This document shows, in pieces, positions 49,265 to 58,844 of a stretch of DNA of 64,000 nt. The stretch lies in IMG/VR virus record IMGVR_UViG_3300017766_005465, positions 32,001-96,000 of that record. One strand, given 5' to 3'. The translations under genes and the position numbers were made by a program. The notes beneath the pieces were generated by a model. It was not told where the DNA came from, made no database searches, and worked only from the letters and a program-made list of their open reading frames with translations. Numbering within the stretch: position 1 is the stretch's first letter; every line of letters starts with the position of its first letter. This DNA comes from a virus.

Positions 49265-49869
49265 TATATTAGCCTAGCATGGCCACTAAGTGGCAGAGTA
49301 AACTCCACCCGGACGGTGTTTTTAGTCAGGTGGTTTACGTACCCGTCGATCTCATCCCACTCATTATTAAACAGTTCTACGGAAGGATAGTAGCCCAGAT
49401 TGTGAGTGATGGTCCAGGTTGCGCGGGGCTCGATCTGGTCGTACTGGACGGATTTTAGGTTGGTTCGTGTGGTCAGGACGCTGGCTGGCGACTCAGGAAC
49501 CACGGGCTCGGGTGGTATGATCACCGGAGGAACGTAGTTGGTGGGTTGGTTAGGATCTAGAACAGTATTCTGCTCCAGAAGGATGTCCGCCACTGTGGAT
49601 TCGGAGAGTTGGTTACTCGCCTCGGCCCATGCCTGCCAACCCCACATCTCCTCATTATACGTATTATGCGCCAACTGATCCTTCGAGTCGGCCTGGCCGG
49701 CGCGAAAGTTACGCAGGGGGCCGGGATTCACGCGGTTGGAGTTTGAGAGGTACTCAGGCTGGGAGAGTTGCTGGCGGACTAGCGATGTCGCCTGCGTGTC
49801 GGTGCTCCTGTAGTCGCTGGAGGCCCTGAGCCTCTCCCACTCCTCGAATGGGTTCTTCGCTACGGCCAC
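49264..49869 (-). CDS. Putative virion protein
   Basis: GTG start after a strong SD (GAGGAGG); C-terminal WTITHNLGYYPSV motif of fibre-associated domains. Confidence 0.65.
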   Translation of the reverse strand: MAVAKNPFEEWERLRASSDYRSTDTQATSLVRQQLSQPEYLSNSNRVNPGPLRNFRAGQADSKDQLAHNTYNEEMWGWQAWAEASNQLSESTVADILLEQNTVLDPNQPTNYVPPVIIPPEPVVPESPASVLTTRTNLKSVQYDQIEPRATWTITHNLGYYPSVELFNNEWDEIDGYVNHLTKNTVRVEFTLPLSGHARLI

Positions 49870-49892
49870 AACCTCCCCCTCCTCTATACTAA

Positions 49893-49914
49893 TTTTAAAC
49901 AAAGGGGTTTAAAG
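49893..49914. promoter_or_regulatory. Back-to-back divergent late promoter boxes
   Basis: TTTTAAAC (49893-900) and GTTTAAAG (49907-14), 23 and 22 nt from divergent starts. Confidence 0.7.
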
Positions 49915-49936
49915 GATTTGACATCAGACAAACACT

Positions 49937-50311
49937 ATGGCTGTAAGCAAGATGGCGCGAGATGCGGCCTCGGGAGCCGCCGTTGAGGCGGAGGACGACT
50001 ACTTTGATTTTGGCGATCCGGAGATCGTGATTGTAGAGATCTCCGAGGGAAGGTTTCTGACACTCCGGGAACCCTCCGCGAGCGATCTTATAGAGATCTC
50101 CAAGATCTCGGATAACAAGAACATCTCGGATGTGGAAGCCACTCTTCAAACGATCTGCATCCTCCACGCTCCTGAGCAGGGCCGGAGAAGACTGTCCCTC
50201 AAGGACGCTAAGAGACTCACCGCTCGTCAGCTGAAGGCTCTTGGAGGAGCCATCAACAGTCTTCTGGGCCTTGGCGGAAAGGGGGAAGGGAGCGGGGAAG
50301 AAGGTGAGTAA
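49937..50311 (+). CDS. Putative tail assembly chaperone (Mu gp41/P2 gpE-like)
   Basis: LTLREPSASDL...LSLKDAKRLTARQL pattern; 124 aa upstream of the sheath. Confidence 0.55.
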   Translation: MAVSKMARDAASGAAVEAEDDYFDFGDPEIVIVEISEGRFLTLREPSASDLIEISKISDNKNISDVEATLQTICILHAPEQGRRRLSLKDAKRLTARQLKALGGAINSLLGLGGKGEGSGEEGE

Positions 50312-50313
50312 CG

Positions 50314-50733
50314 GTGTCGCTCTCGGCGCGAAAGAACAGCAACTACACCGTGTCGGTGTTTGACTCCAGATCCCGAGAGATCCGCTTCCGGGACATAAAA
50401 GGTTCCGATCTGGAGTACCTGGACTCCATGTTCGCGGAGGAGAATAGCGAACTCTCCTTCGATCAGGTTGTCGAACTTCTCTCCACTCTCTGCACGAGAG
50501 ACCTGGATTTTAGGTCCCTGACCCAGAGAACCATCATGCAGATTTTTGATATTGTCAAGGAGCACATACTCTGCAACTACATGACTAAGATTGACTGGCT
50601 GAGACGGTGTTACGGAGTGCAGAATGGTTCGTTTGCTGGAGTCTCGGATATGGAGCAGATTCCGCTTAGCAAATTCACCGTGATGTCCCAGATCCACCTG
50701 GAGGCAATAGAGAACATAAAGACTCCTACATGA
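50314..50733 (+). CDS. Hypothetical protein, possibly second tail chaperone
   Basis: IRFRDIKGSDL resembles the preceding chaperone motif; GTG start. Confidence 0.5.
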   Translation: MSLSARKNSNYTVSVFDSRSREIRFRDIKGSDLEYLDSMFAEENSELSFDQVVELLSTLCTRDLDFRSLTQRTIMQIFDIVKEHILCNYMTKIDWLRRCYGVQNGSFAGVSDMEQIPLSKFTVMSQIHLEAIENIKTPT

Positions 50734-50972
50734 CAGATACGGAACGACTGAAACTGATCCTTATCCTGTGCTCGATATGCCTCAGGAGCGACGTACCCGA
50801 ACTGAAGTCGTTTGTCAGCGTAAACTCGAGGTACGTCACCACCAACGACTTCAACAAGATCCTGAGGAAGTCGATGAAGATACTGGAGTTTAAGAGGTGC
50901 GGAGCGATCTCCTGCCCCGACTGGCTGATGAACGAGCTCTTCCAACTCTACAAGGTGGACTCGACCGACTAA
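50730..50972 (+). CDS. Hypothetical protein
   Basis: 80 aa; coupled by ATGA overlap. Confidence 0.55.
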   Translation: MTDTERLKLILILCSICLRSDVPELKSFVSVNSRYVTTNDFNKILRKSMKILEFKRCGAISCPDWLMNELFQLYKVDSTD

Positions 50973-50993
50973 ACAGGTTAAAATCAGCCATTT

Positions 50994-51001
50994 GTTTAAG
51001 G
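50994..51001 (+). promoter_or_regulatory. Putative late promoter box GTTTAAGG
   Basis: Intergenic, 34 nt upstream of sheath ATG. Confidence 0.65.
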
Positions 51002-51035
51002 ATAATAGTGAAAGATATAGTGTCTTCAAATCTCT

Positions 51036-54000
51036 ATGGCCAATCCAATTAGAATCAATGCTGCGACATTGAATCGGCCCGGCGTGTTCGTAACACAAGC
51101 CTCGACAGGTGGCCTACCCCAACCTACCGCTACTCACGCGGTAGGCTACCTTTTCGGCAGCACGCCCACCGAGGACTACTACGAGGGCAATGCTCTCAAC
51201 AAGTACTCCGTACTCGAGCCTTACAAACCCACACAGATAGGCTCGGTGGACGACTTTGTCGAGAAGATCGGGGGCAAACCACCGACCTCTAATAAGGGTG
51301 CCCTGGCTTCCTACGACGCCGTTAAAGCCTTCTTCGACAACGTCGGGGTAAATGGCATCCTCTACTTCACCCGCGTTTCCCCGACTCCGGAGACAGTGGT
51401 TGATTTGGGAGCCTCCGCGGCGGGTGCTGGGTACAATGCCTTCGCCCTCAAGATCAACGGTCGTTACTTCGGAACTCCTATCGGAGTGAATGATGCTGAT
51501 GGCGACGAGATCCGCGTTATCACCACCACCGCCCTCGACCAAGTAGATAATTCAAGGGACATCTACTCGTTCCTCGCTGGCAACGGTGATAATTTCTCCG
51601 ACTTCTATCGCATCGAGCAGAACGCAACCGAAGCCATTGCCGGTAAGTTCAGAATCTTCTCAAAGGACACCAGAAATCTTCCTGAGGTCGAGAGATTCGT
51701 GGCTTACCAGTTCAGCGATACGAACTACGCTACTCCACTCGACCTCAACAACCAGTTCGTGGTCAAGTTCTACACCTCGGTGAAGGAATTGGATTTCCGC
51801 TGCGTGGCGAGAGACATCACCACCGGCGAACCCATCCTCCACCTGTCAGGTAGCGCTCTGAGTGCTTTCGTGCTGCAGAGTTCTACGGAGTACACCGCCA
51901 CCCCAGCCAATTTCAATCCCACGGCCAATACCATCACGCTGAACTCCTCGGCAGGACTTGCCAATAACGACCGTGTGGTACTGGAGGGTACCGACGACGG
52001 AGATCTGGGTTCCATCGGTTTTGGCACGGTGTACTTCGTGGTTAATAAGTCAGGTAACGATATCCAGCTCTCCGGCTCCTTGGGTGGAGCGGTTATCAAC
52101 TTCTCTGGTACCCCCGGCGCTAACGTCACGGTGAGAAAGCTCGCCTATGATGTTTCGACCGATCAGTCGGACATTGTCAAGAACTTCCTGATCAATCAGG
52201 AGTACTACGCCTCCGCATCCGCAATCCCCTCGAGCAAGATTGTGGGCGTGTCGAAGGACCTCACCTCCGCTCCCGCCTCGTACGTGCGGTGGGCAGACGC
52301 TGACGCCAACTACTGGAAGTACAATTCCGTATCCCAGGAATTCTCGCTGTTCCAGAACTCCGCCGAGGTTGCGGGCACAGAAGTCCCCTCGGGAACAGTG
52401 ACTACCTCCGGAGGAGTTACAGAACGCCTCGGATACCTTCCTGATTCCGTCCAGGTCTTCTACGTCGAGCTCGCCGGTGAGAACCGTGCCATCATCGTGA
52501 ACGGAGCTACCCCTGACGAACTGACTACCAACCTGGTCGCCGAGATCAACAGCATCCTGCAGGAGAAGGAGCTAGATGGCTACTACTCCGTCGAAGCTGT
52601 AAACTCCGGCTCGCAGATCGGATCGACCGACGAGTACGCCCCCAATAACGGCCACCAACTAAGCACCAAACTGGTCTCGGGTGCTGGAACCCCCTACATC
52701 CGTCCAGAGCTGGAGGATATCGCTCTCTCCGGCCTCTTGGGTATCAGCGTAGATGGAGTGGTCACAGGTGTAGGAACCAAGTTCCTCACAGAGTTGGCGA
52801 TCGGCGACACCATCGTGGCTAATGGCATCAGATTCGTGGTTGGTTCGGTGGCTTCGAACACATCGGCTACCGTAACTCCTACAGGGACAGGCATCCCGGC
52901 CGGTACCCCAGCCACCCTGGACAAGTCCATACCCAACGGTTTCTACTCTCACGATTACGTTCTGAGAGTGAAGATTACCTCCAAGAACGGAGTATCCTCC
53001 CCGATCTACCCCGGCCGTAATAGATTTGGTGTGCTGGATGGTAATGTTGTCAAACTCAACTCCATTAACCAGAACGCTGGCTACGAGTCCTACAAGCTTA
53101 CGGTGACGGCTAAGTCCAACGACTTCATGTACGCCATCGAGCAGGGCATGGGATCTAGAGTCCTCTCACCTGGCTTCCTATTCGCTCCCGAGGCTTACAC
53201 CGTGCTTTCCTACGAGGTAGGGGCGGGTGATTTCGCCAGCAAGAACGAAGCTCGCCAGGAGCGTCTCAAGATCACCCAGACGCTTACCAAAGCCGCCGAG
53301 GGTAAACTTGGCACCACTGAGGGTATCGTGGGTACCCAGCATATCGCCTACATCGACTGCGGTGCGGACGAGATGTCTCTCAACGAGGCCCAGGACGAAC
53401 TCTACGGCATCAAAGCCGCCGTAGGAGTGCCTTTCGGCCACGCGGCCTTCTACGCTCCCTACGTAAAGAATCTCGACGATCGCTACATTGCCCCTTCCAG
53501 CTACATGGTGGGCATTGCCTGCTCGAGATACACCAACGAGGGCTTCCAGCAGCCTCCCGCCGGCGCTCGCTACCCACTGAGAGGGGCCATCGGACTCAAG
53601 TTCGACATCTCCGCCCAGCAACAGGAAGTGACCTACGCCCTGGGACTCAACCCTATCCGCTCGCTTCCCAACCGTGGAATCGTGGCCTGGGGTGCCAGAA
53701 CCCTCTCCCCCAACCCGCTTTTCAGATTCATCAACACACGTGCCATCCTTAACGTCCTCATCGATGTTATGGGTCGTAGCTTCGACGACATCCTCTTCGA
53801 GCAGATCGACTCAGCGGGTACCGTGTACGCGAGAGTGAAGTCTATCGCCTCTCAGATTCTGGGTCAGTTCTTCCGTCAGGGAGCGCTATTCGGATCGAGA
53901 CCCGAGCAAGCCTACCTGGTCGTGTGTTCGTCAGCGAATAACAATACCACCGACCTGGAAAATGGCACGGTGAGATTGGACGTTTACGTGGCTACAAGTC

Positions 54001-54128
54001 CAACACTCGAGCGTCTGCTTGTGACCATCGTCAGAACTCCGGCTGGTCAAGTTGCTCAACTGAGCGATAGCTTCTCCAGAAACGAGGCAAGATTCAGTTC
54101 TCTGCTTAACTCCACAAACGTATTCTGA
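51036..54128 (+). CDS. Contractile tail sheath protein (unusually long)
   Basis: RPGVFV; AFFDN; AAFYAPYV; PPAG; LNPIRSLPNRGIVAWGARTL; FINTR; ILFE; C-terminal sheath domain. Confidence 0.93.
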   Translation: MANPIRINAATLNRPGVFVTQASTGGLPQPTATHAVGYLFGSTPTEDYYEGNALNKYSVLEPYKPTQIGSVDDFVEKIGGKPPTSNKGALASYDAVKAFFDNVGVNGILYFTRVSPTPETVVDLGASAAGAGYNAFALKINGRYFGTPIGVNDADGDEIRVITTTALDQVDNSRDIYSFLAGNGDNFSDFYRIEQNATEAIAGKFRIFSKDTRNLPEVERFVAYQFSDTNYATPLDLNNQFVVKFYTSVKELDFRCVARDITTGEPILHLSGSALSAFVLQSSTEYTATPANFNPTANTITLNSSAGLANNDRVVLEGTDDGDLGSIGFGTVYFVVNKSGNDIQLSGSLGGAVINFSGTPGANVTVRKLAYDVSTDQSDIVKNFLINQEYYASASAIPSSKIVGVSKDLTSAPASYVRWADADANYWKYNSVSQEFSLFQNSAEVAGTEVPSGTVTTSGGVTERLGYLPDSVQVFYVELAGENRAIIVNGATPDELTTNLVAEINSILQEKELDGYYSVEAVNSGSQIGSTDEYAPNNGHQLSTKLVSGAGTPYIRPELEDIALSGLLGISVDGVVTGVGTKFLTELAIGDTIVANGIRFVVGSVASNTSATVTPTGTGIPAGTPATLDKSIPNGFYSHDYVLRVKITSKNGVSSPIYPGRNRFGVLDGNVVKLNSINQNAGYESYKLTVTAKSNDFMYAIEQGMGSRVLSPGFLFAPEAYTVLSYEVGAGDFASKNEARQERLKITQTLTKAAEGKLGTTEGIVGTQHIAYIDCGADEMSLNEAQDELYGIKAAVGVPFGHAAFYAPYVKNLDDRYIAPSSYMVGIACSRYTNEGFQQPPAGARYPLRGAIGLKFDISAQQQEVTYALGLNPIRSLPNRGIVAWGARTLSPNPLFRFINTRAILNVLIDVMGRSFDDILFEQIDSAGTVYARVKSIASQILGQFFRQGALFGSRPEQAYLVVCSSANNNTTDLENGTVRLDVYVATSPTLERLLVTIVRTPAGQVAQLSDSFSRNEARFSSLLNSTNVF

Positions 54129-54131
54129 TAG

Positions 54132-56087
54132 ATGAAAGAGCACGCACTCAACCACAAAGAACCGCTCTCTTCCCAGCAGCCTAAAAAGGTTGTATTCATA
54201 GAGATGTTCAGAGCAGGTCCCCAGATCTCCTCCACCGGTCAGAAGTTAGTCTTTACGGAGAGTGACCTCGATCAGGTGGTGGGGTCTTACAACCCCGATA
54301 CTCACGAGGCTCCTCTGATAATCGGTCACGACCAGCAGGACGATACTCCGGCTCTAGGTTGGGTACGTAAGATCTGGAAGAAAGGTCAAGAACTTTGGGG
54401 TAAGGTGGAGCTTACCCCTAAAGCCGAACAACTCATCAAAGATGGGGTGTTTAAGAAAGTAAGTAGCTCATTTTACCTGCCTGAAGCTGAAACGAATCCT
54501 ACACCTGGGAAACTCTCCCTACGCCATCTTGGTTTAGTTTCTATTCCGGCAGTCAAAGGACTAACTGCTTTTTCGGAGTTATCCGAACAAGAAACGATCA
54601 CAATTACCCCCTCCGAAGGGGAGTCTTCTATTTCGTTTAAAGAACACTTAGGAAAAAATCAAACTATGGCTAGGAAGAAAACCAAACCAGAAACTCCCAC
54701 TTCGGTTGCTTCGGTTGTCGAGCACAACGAGGGTGGGGGAATGACCGTGAATATCAACATTGGTGGTGGTGATAAGCCCAAAGCCAACGTGTACGATGAT
54801 AGCGGCAATAGGATTTCCGAGACCGGTGCTCCTGCGGAGTACGACATGGACTACGGTATGGAGTCCGACTCCGAGGACGACGCTTCGGCTATGGATCCGG
54901 GCGACGGAGCATCCGACAGCCTAGGGCTGGAAGATGGTGCCGACGAAGGTGCTGATGCCGACCCCACCGCTGACGGTGACATGCCTTCTCAGGATGGTGA
55001 GGCACCCGACGCGGAAGCCGGCATGGATTCCGGTGATGATGCTACCGATGGCGGGACCGATGACGGATCCGCCGGGCCTTCTACTGATGGCGACACGGGT
55101 TCCGGCATGGAAACCGAGGATATCTCGGGAGATATGCAAGGAGATGATCAGAAGATCGCCCAACTCGCGTCTAATTACGAGATAGACGAGCTGATCAAGG
55201 CCCTGGCTCTTAAAACTGATGCTGCCTCCATGATGGAGGGTGAGGGAATGTCTTATGGCGAGATGCCAGAGGGACTCAAAAAGGCTATGGAAGCTAAGAA
55301 GGGTGGTGAGAGTGAGAAGGACGACGAGGAGGAAGAGGACAGCAAGGACATGGGAGAAGCTGTGAAGAAAGGTGAGAAGCCCTCCGACGCTGGCCAACCG
55401 CCCTCCGAGGACGTGAAAGGCGCTGACGAACCCAAGGGAGAGCAGGTTTACTCCGAGGAGGAAGCTACCGAGGAAGACGAGGAAGTTTCCGAGCACGGTG
55501 AAGGCTGCAAGGACTACGAGGAGGATGAGGAAGAGAAGAGGAAAAAGGAGATGATGAAGGGAGACATGTCGGAAGAGACCGTTTCAAAAGAGGCTACAGG
55601 AACTCTGGATCATAGCGAAACCGCTATGGGAGTTCGGGGACAGAATGACCTTCAGGCCCGGGTAGCCGAATTGGAAGAGGAACTTGCCAGACAGAAAAAA
55701 CTCATGAGAGAGAAGGAAATCTCTGATTTCTGCGAGACTCTATACGATGGTGGTAAACTGACCCAGCAGATCGTCTCTAAGACGGATCTCGTCCGGTTCA
55801 TGGAGACCCTCAATAACAAGAACTCGGTGAACTTCTCTGAGACAGGCAAAGCCTCTCAATTTGACTTCTTCAAAGGTGTCCTGGAGAACCTACCCTCCAT
55901 GGTCAGCTTCGAGGAATTCGCGACCCCAGCTTCGGCTCCACCAGCCAAGAAGCAAGTCACGCCTTCGGCTGATGGGTACGTCTACGATCCCGCCACAGCG
56001 GACCTTCACGCGCAAGCTCTGGAGTACTCCGAAGCGAAGGGTGTCGAGTACACCATCGCTCTGAAGGCTGTTCTATCTAACTCTTAA
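54132..56087 (+). CDS. Mu-like prohead protease fused to acidic scaffolding protein
   Basis: APLIIGH..ALGWV..KKVSSSF..LRHLGLVSIPAVKGL protease motifs; long D/E-rich linker; C-terminal coiled coil. Confidence 0.85.
   Translation: MKEHALNHKEPLSSQQPKKVVFIEMFRAGPQISSTGQKLVFTESDLDQVVGSYNPDTHEAPLIIGHDQQDDTPALGWVRKIWKKGQELWGKVELTPKAEQLIKDGVFKKVSSSFYLPEAETNPTPGKLSLRHLGLVSIPAVKGLTAFSELSEQETITITPSEGESSISFKEHLGKNQTMARKKTKPETPTSVASVVEHNEGGGMTVNINIGGGDKPKANVYDDSGNRISETGAPAEYDMDYGMESDSEDDASAMDPGDGASDSLGLEDGADEGADADPTADGDMPSQDGEAPDAEAGMDSGDDATDGGTDDGSAGPSTDGDTGSGMETEDISGDMQGDDQKIAQLASNYEIDELIKALALKTDAASMMEGEGMSYGEMPEGLKKAMEAKKGGESEKDDEEEEDSKDMGEAVKKGEKPSDAGQPPSEDVKGADEPKGEQVYSEEEATEEDEEVSEHGEGCKDYEEDEEEKRKKEMMKGDMSEETVSKEATGTLDHSETAMGVRGQNDLQARVAELEEELARQKKLMREKEISDFCETLYDGGKLTQQIVSKTDLVRFMETLNNKNSVNFSETGKASQFDFFKGVLENLPSMVSFEEFATPASAPPAKKQVTPSADGYVYDPATADLHAQALEYSEAKGVEYTIALKAVLSNS
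54635..54642 (+). promoter_or_regulatory. Intragenic late promoter box GTTTAAAG
   Basis: 23 nt upstream of in-frame ATG 54666 preceded by AGGA. Confidence 0.6.
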
Positions 56088-56100
56088 GGAGATCCAAAAC

Positions 56101-56610
56101 ATGGCTAATGACCCACGTTACATGTCCTTCGATCACCAGTATGTGGAGACTGTGACTGTCACCGACAGCACCGCTCTCACATCAGGTGTCGACGCACATC
56201 GCTTCATCAAGCGCACTGGCGCTTACCCCGTCGCTGGTGGCTACGCCGCTGGCGTGAATGTCTACCGCATCTACGGCCAAGGCGAACTGAACGCCAATGG
56301 CTACCAGGTGGATGACGGTTCGACTCTGGTCTACGAGGGACAACTGAACCCCTCCACCACTCCGTACAAGCCCGGCGTATTCCCCTACCAGGGACTCGCC
56401 ACCGTCGTTACCTCTGGTATCGTCATTGTCGAGGTGGACGCGGCCGCTGCCGCTTTCGGTGTAGATGACGCTGTCTACGCCACTACCGCTGGAAGGGCCA
56501 CCAAAACCGCCGGTGCTGGTGTCGTTCTTGGCCGTGCTCTTGACGCTTCTGCTGCCACAACCGCTGGTCAGTACATCCGCGTTAAGCTCGGTAACGAAGC
56601 CGGCGCTTGA
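56101..56610 (+). CDS. Capsid cement/decoration protein (DUF2190-like)
   Basis: ATVVTSGIVIVE..DDAVYATTAGRA..VLGRALDA..GQYIRVKL; SD AAGGAG; between scaffold and capsid genes. Confidence 0.75.
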   Translation: MANDPRYMSFDHQYVETVTVTDSTALTSGVDAHRFIKRTGAYPVAGGYAAGVNVYRIYGQGELNANGYQVDDGSTLVYEGQLNPSTTPYKPGVFPYQGLATVVTSGIVIVEVDAAAAAFGVDDAVYATTAGRATKTAGAGVVLGRALDASAATTAGQYIRVKLGNEAGA

Positions 56611-56636
56611 TAGATACTAAAGGAGAGTAACCAACT

Positions 56637-57620
56637 ATGATGAATCTTGATCAGGTACGCGTAATTGACCCCATTCTTACGCAACTAGCTCAAGGGTACA
56701 AGAACGCTGAGGGTGTGGCTACCTTCTTCGCTCCCGCGGTATCTATGAATACTCGCGCTGGACGTACCCTGGTATTCGGTAAGGAGGCTTTTGCGGCTCA
56801 GTCGTTCCTCCGCGCTCCCGGAACCAACATCCAGAAGATCCAGAACCAATTCGGAACTCGCTCGTTCGCCCTCCGTCAGGAAGCGATCAGCTGGGAGATC
56901 GCCGAAGAGGTCGCTGCTGAGGCCAAGAACGGCGCCGCTCAGATCGATCTTCGCCAGTTCGCTGCTAAGGACGCCGCCAACCGTCTGATGCAGTCCTGGG
57001 AAGTTCAAGTCGCTGACCAGGTGACCGACGCCGCTCAGTACGAGACCAACAACGTGCTGAACCTCGCCACCTACAACGGCGGTGCCGACCAATTCAACAG
57101 CCCTACCGCTGACGTGGAAGTGCTGATGGACGACGCCAAGGAGCAGGTGCGTAGCCAGATCGGTGTATATCCGAACAAACTGGTGCTTTCACCTGACGCC
57201 TTCAACGCCCTGAAGCGTAACAAGAGAATCCGTGACTTCATGCAGCGCGGTGTGCTTGTCGACGAGAAGACTCTGGCCCAGATCTTTGGTCTGGACGAGC
57301 TTCGCGTGGCTCGCAGACTGAAGCTGAATCAGGCCACCGGTGCGCTGGAGAACATCTACAACAACACCGCGATCCTCTTCTACCATCCTTCATCCTCCAC
57401 CGACGGCTTCATGCCCGCCCTGGACGCCAACTACGGCAACCCCGCCTTCGCCTACACCTACACTCTGAGTGGTTATCCCATCTCCACTCCTGAGCGCTTC
57501 AACATCGAGCGCAGAGTGTTCACCGGCGACATCCTTGTCGAGCGTAGCTTCGAGCTCGTCGGCATGGGTGAGAACGGAAAGTGTGGCGCTGGTTTCATCT
57601 TCCAGAACCCCGTCGCTTGA
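56637..57620 (+). CDS. Major capsid protein (HK97 fold)
   Basis: 327 aa; IDPILTQLAQGY; GVYPNKLVL; PAFAYTY; strong SD, strong codon bias, followed by terminator. Confidence 0.88.
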   Translation: MMNLDQVRVIDPILTQLAQGYKNAEGVATFFAPAVSMNTRAGRTLVFGKEAFAAQSFLRAPGTNIQKIQNQFGTRSFALRQEAISWEIAEEVAAEAKNGAAQIDLRQFAAKDAANRLMQSWEVQVADQVTDAAQYETNNVLNLATYNGGADQFNSPTADVEVLMDDAKEQVRSQIGVYPNKLVLSPDAFNALKRNKRIRDFMQRGVLVDEKTLAQIFGLDELRVARRLKLNQATGALENIYNNTAILFYHPSSSTDGFMPALDANYGNPAFAYTYTLSGYPISTPERFNIERRVFTGDILVERSFELVGMGENGKCGAGFIFQNPVA

Positions 57621-57986
57621 GCCATCTGGCTCCGACTCCTTGGAGGCCTCCGGGCCTCCTTTTTTTGTGCCTACCAACTCCGCGAGTTCCTTCCTAAACT
57701 CCGAGAGTGCTCTGATATTGGAGTTGTAGATGCTACTCTGCTTGCTATCCACGAACAGCACCTCTAACTGTAGCGCCAGGTGGTGTTCGGACGAGAGGAA
57801 GGCGTCCAGCTCCTCGAGCATTGTCTCCAGGATCCCGGGCTCGATGCCACCGATCGCCACTATGGCTTTTTTCAAGTACGATATGCTCTTCTTCAGCACG
57901 AAGGTGTCCGAGGTGGGATCTCGCAGCAGGGCCAGCCTGAACGAGGTCAGATACGCGTTCATCAGAGTCTTGACGCTTTTTCCCAT
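57390..57986 (-). CDS. Hypothetical protein (3' end overlaps capsid gene antisense)
   Basis: Fills the 57620-57986 gap; extended -10 upstream; true 3' end uncertain. Confidence 0.45.
   Translation of the reverse strand: MGKSVKTLMNAYLTSFRLALLRDPTSDTFVLKKSISYLKKAIVAIGGIEPGILETMLEELDAFLSSEHHLALQLEVLFVDSKQSSIYNSNIRALSEFRKELAELVGTKKGGPEASKESEPDGSSDGVLEDETSATLSVLTHADELEATLDKDVAGEHSALDVEALRSGDGITTQSVGVGEGGVAVVGVQGGHEAVGGG
57642..57666 (+). terminator. Intrinsic terminator after capsid gene
   Basis: GGAGGCC-TCCG-GGCCTCC followed by a T-run. Confidence 0.9.
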
Positions 57987-58000
57987 GGATTTTTGTTCCT

Positions 58001-58009
58001 ATCATACCA
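58001..58009 (-). promoter_or_regulatory. Extended -10 promoter TGgTATGAT
   Basis: 14 nt upstream of ATG 57986. Confidence 0.5.
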
Positions 58010-58011
58010 TA

Positions 58012-58019
58012 GTTTAAGG
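58012..58019 (+). promoter_or_regulatory. Putative late promoter box GTTTAAGG
   Basis: Intergenic, 28 nt upstream of GTG 58048. Confidence 0.65.
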
Positions 58020-58047
58020 CTAGTACAGAAGCAATGGGATCTGGATC

Positions 58048-58842
58048 GTGCCAAATTCTCCATATCCGGATAAGTTCGGAATAGCCGATAACTGCAATCC
58101 AGCCACGGTGGATTATTTTGTGGAGGCTTTTGGCTACCAGGAGGCCATAGAACTCTCCAACATAGACAATCCTACCGGAAATAGCATAAACGGCGATAAG
58201 ATCCAGGTGGCTCTGAATGACGCCGCCGTACTAATAAACAACTACATTGTCACGGCACCGCCTCAGGGCAAGATCCTCATCGCGGGTTCGTACCGTCGCA
58301 CGCAGGCGATCCTCGCCAGATGGTACCTCGACGTTCTGAGACCTAGACAGCAGGTCATAGACGCCGCGGAGAAGGCGATGGAGCAACTCGAGCTCTGGGC
58401 GTCCAAATCCTCCCCATCCACCGGACTCAAGTGGCAGGAGGCCTACCGCTACTGGGGTAGTGGATGCACGATGACCAAGAGCTCCTACAGAAGAGGCAGG
58501 AGCTTCACCGAGCCTTCTCTCAACAGGTGGGTGCTCCGCGAGGGAGGCAATAACCGCTGGTGGCCCTTCCCGCGCAAGGAGGCGATGTCCGCCAACCGGG
58601 TCAGTTCCGAGCACCTCTCCGACAGTTCCATGCAGGTGTCGTCGCTCCTCCCAGAGTCCACTCTGGAGGTCAACGAGCTATTCGACGCGCTCGAGACGAC
58701 GAGAGGTCTGGCGTCCTTCACAAACACTCCGGACGCCGTTGATCCGGAAGGCGGAGACACCATCATCGCCACCAACTCCACAGAGAGCGCCGACGGCAAC
58801 TTCGACAACTACAGCGGCCTTCAGGAAGGCAATACATTCTAA
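58048..58842 (+). CDS. Head-tail adaptor, Mu gp36/DUF1320-like, with C-terminal extension
   Basis: ATVDYFVEAFGYQEAIELS..IQVALNDAAVLINNYI..ILARWYL. Confidence 0.8.
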   Translation: MPNSPYPDKFGIADNCNPATVDYFVEAFGYQEAIELSNIDNPTGNSINGDKIQVALNDAAVLINNYIVTAPPQGKILIAGSYRRTQAILARWYLDVLRPRQQVIDAAEKAMEQLELWASKSSPSTGLKWQEAYRYWGSGCTMTKSSYRRGRSFTEPSLNRWVLREGGNNRWWPFPRKEAMSANRVSSEHLSDSSMQVSSLLPESTLEVNELFDALETTRGLASFTNTPDAVDPEGGDTIIATNSTESADGNFDNYSGLQEGNTF

Positions 58843-58844
58843 CC

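Noticed and set aside
50275-50314. Slippery-looking G GGG GAA at the end of the tail chaperone, with the next ORF in the -1 frame (lambda G/GT-type frameshift)
   Set aside because: The -1 frame hits TGA at 50305-50307 before reaching ORF 50314, so no fusion is possible as sequenced
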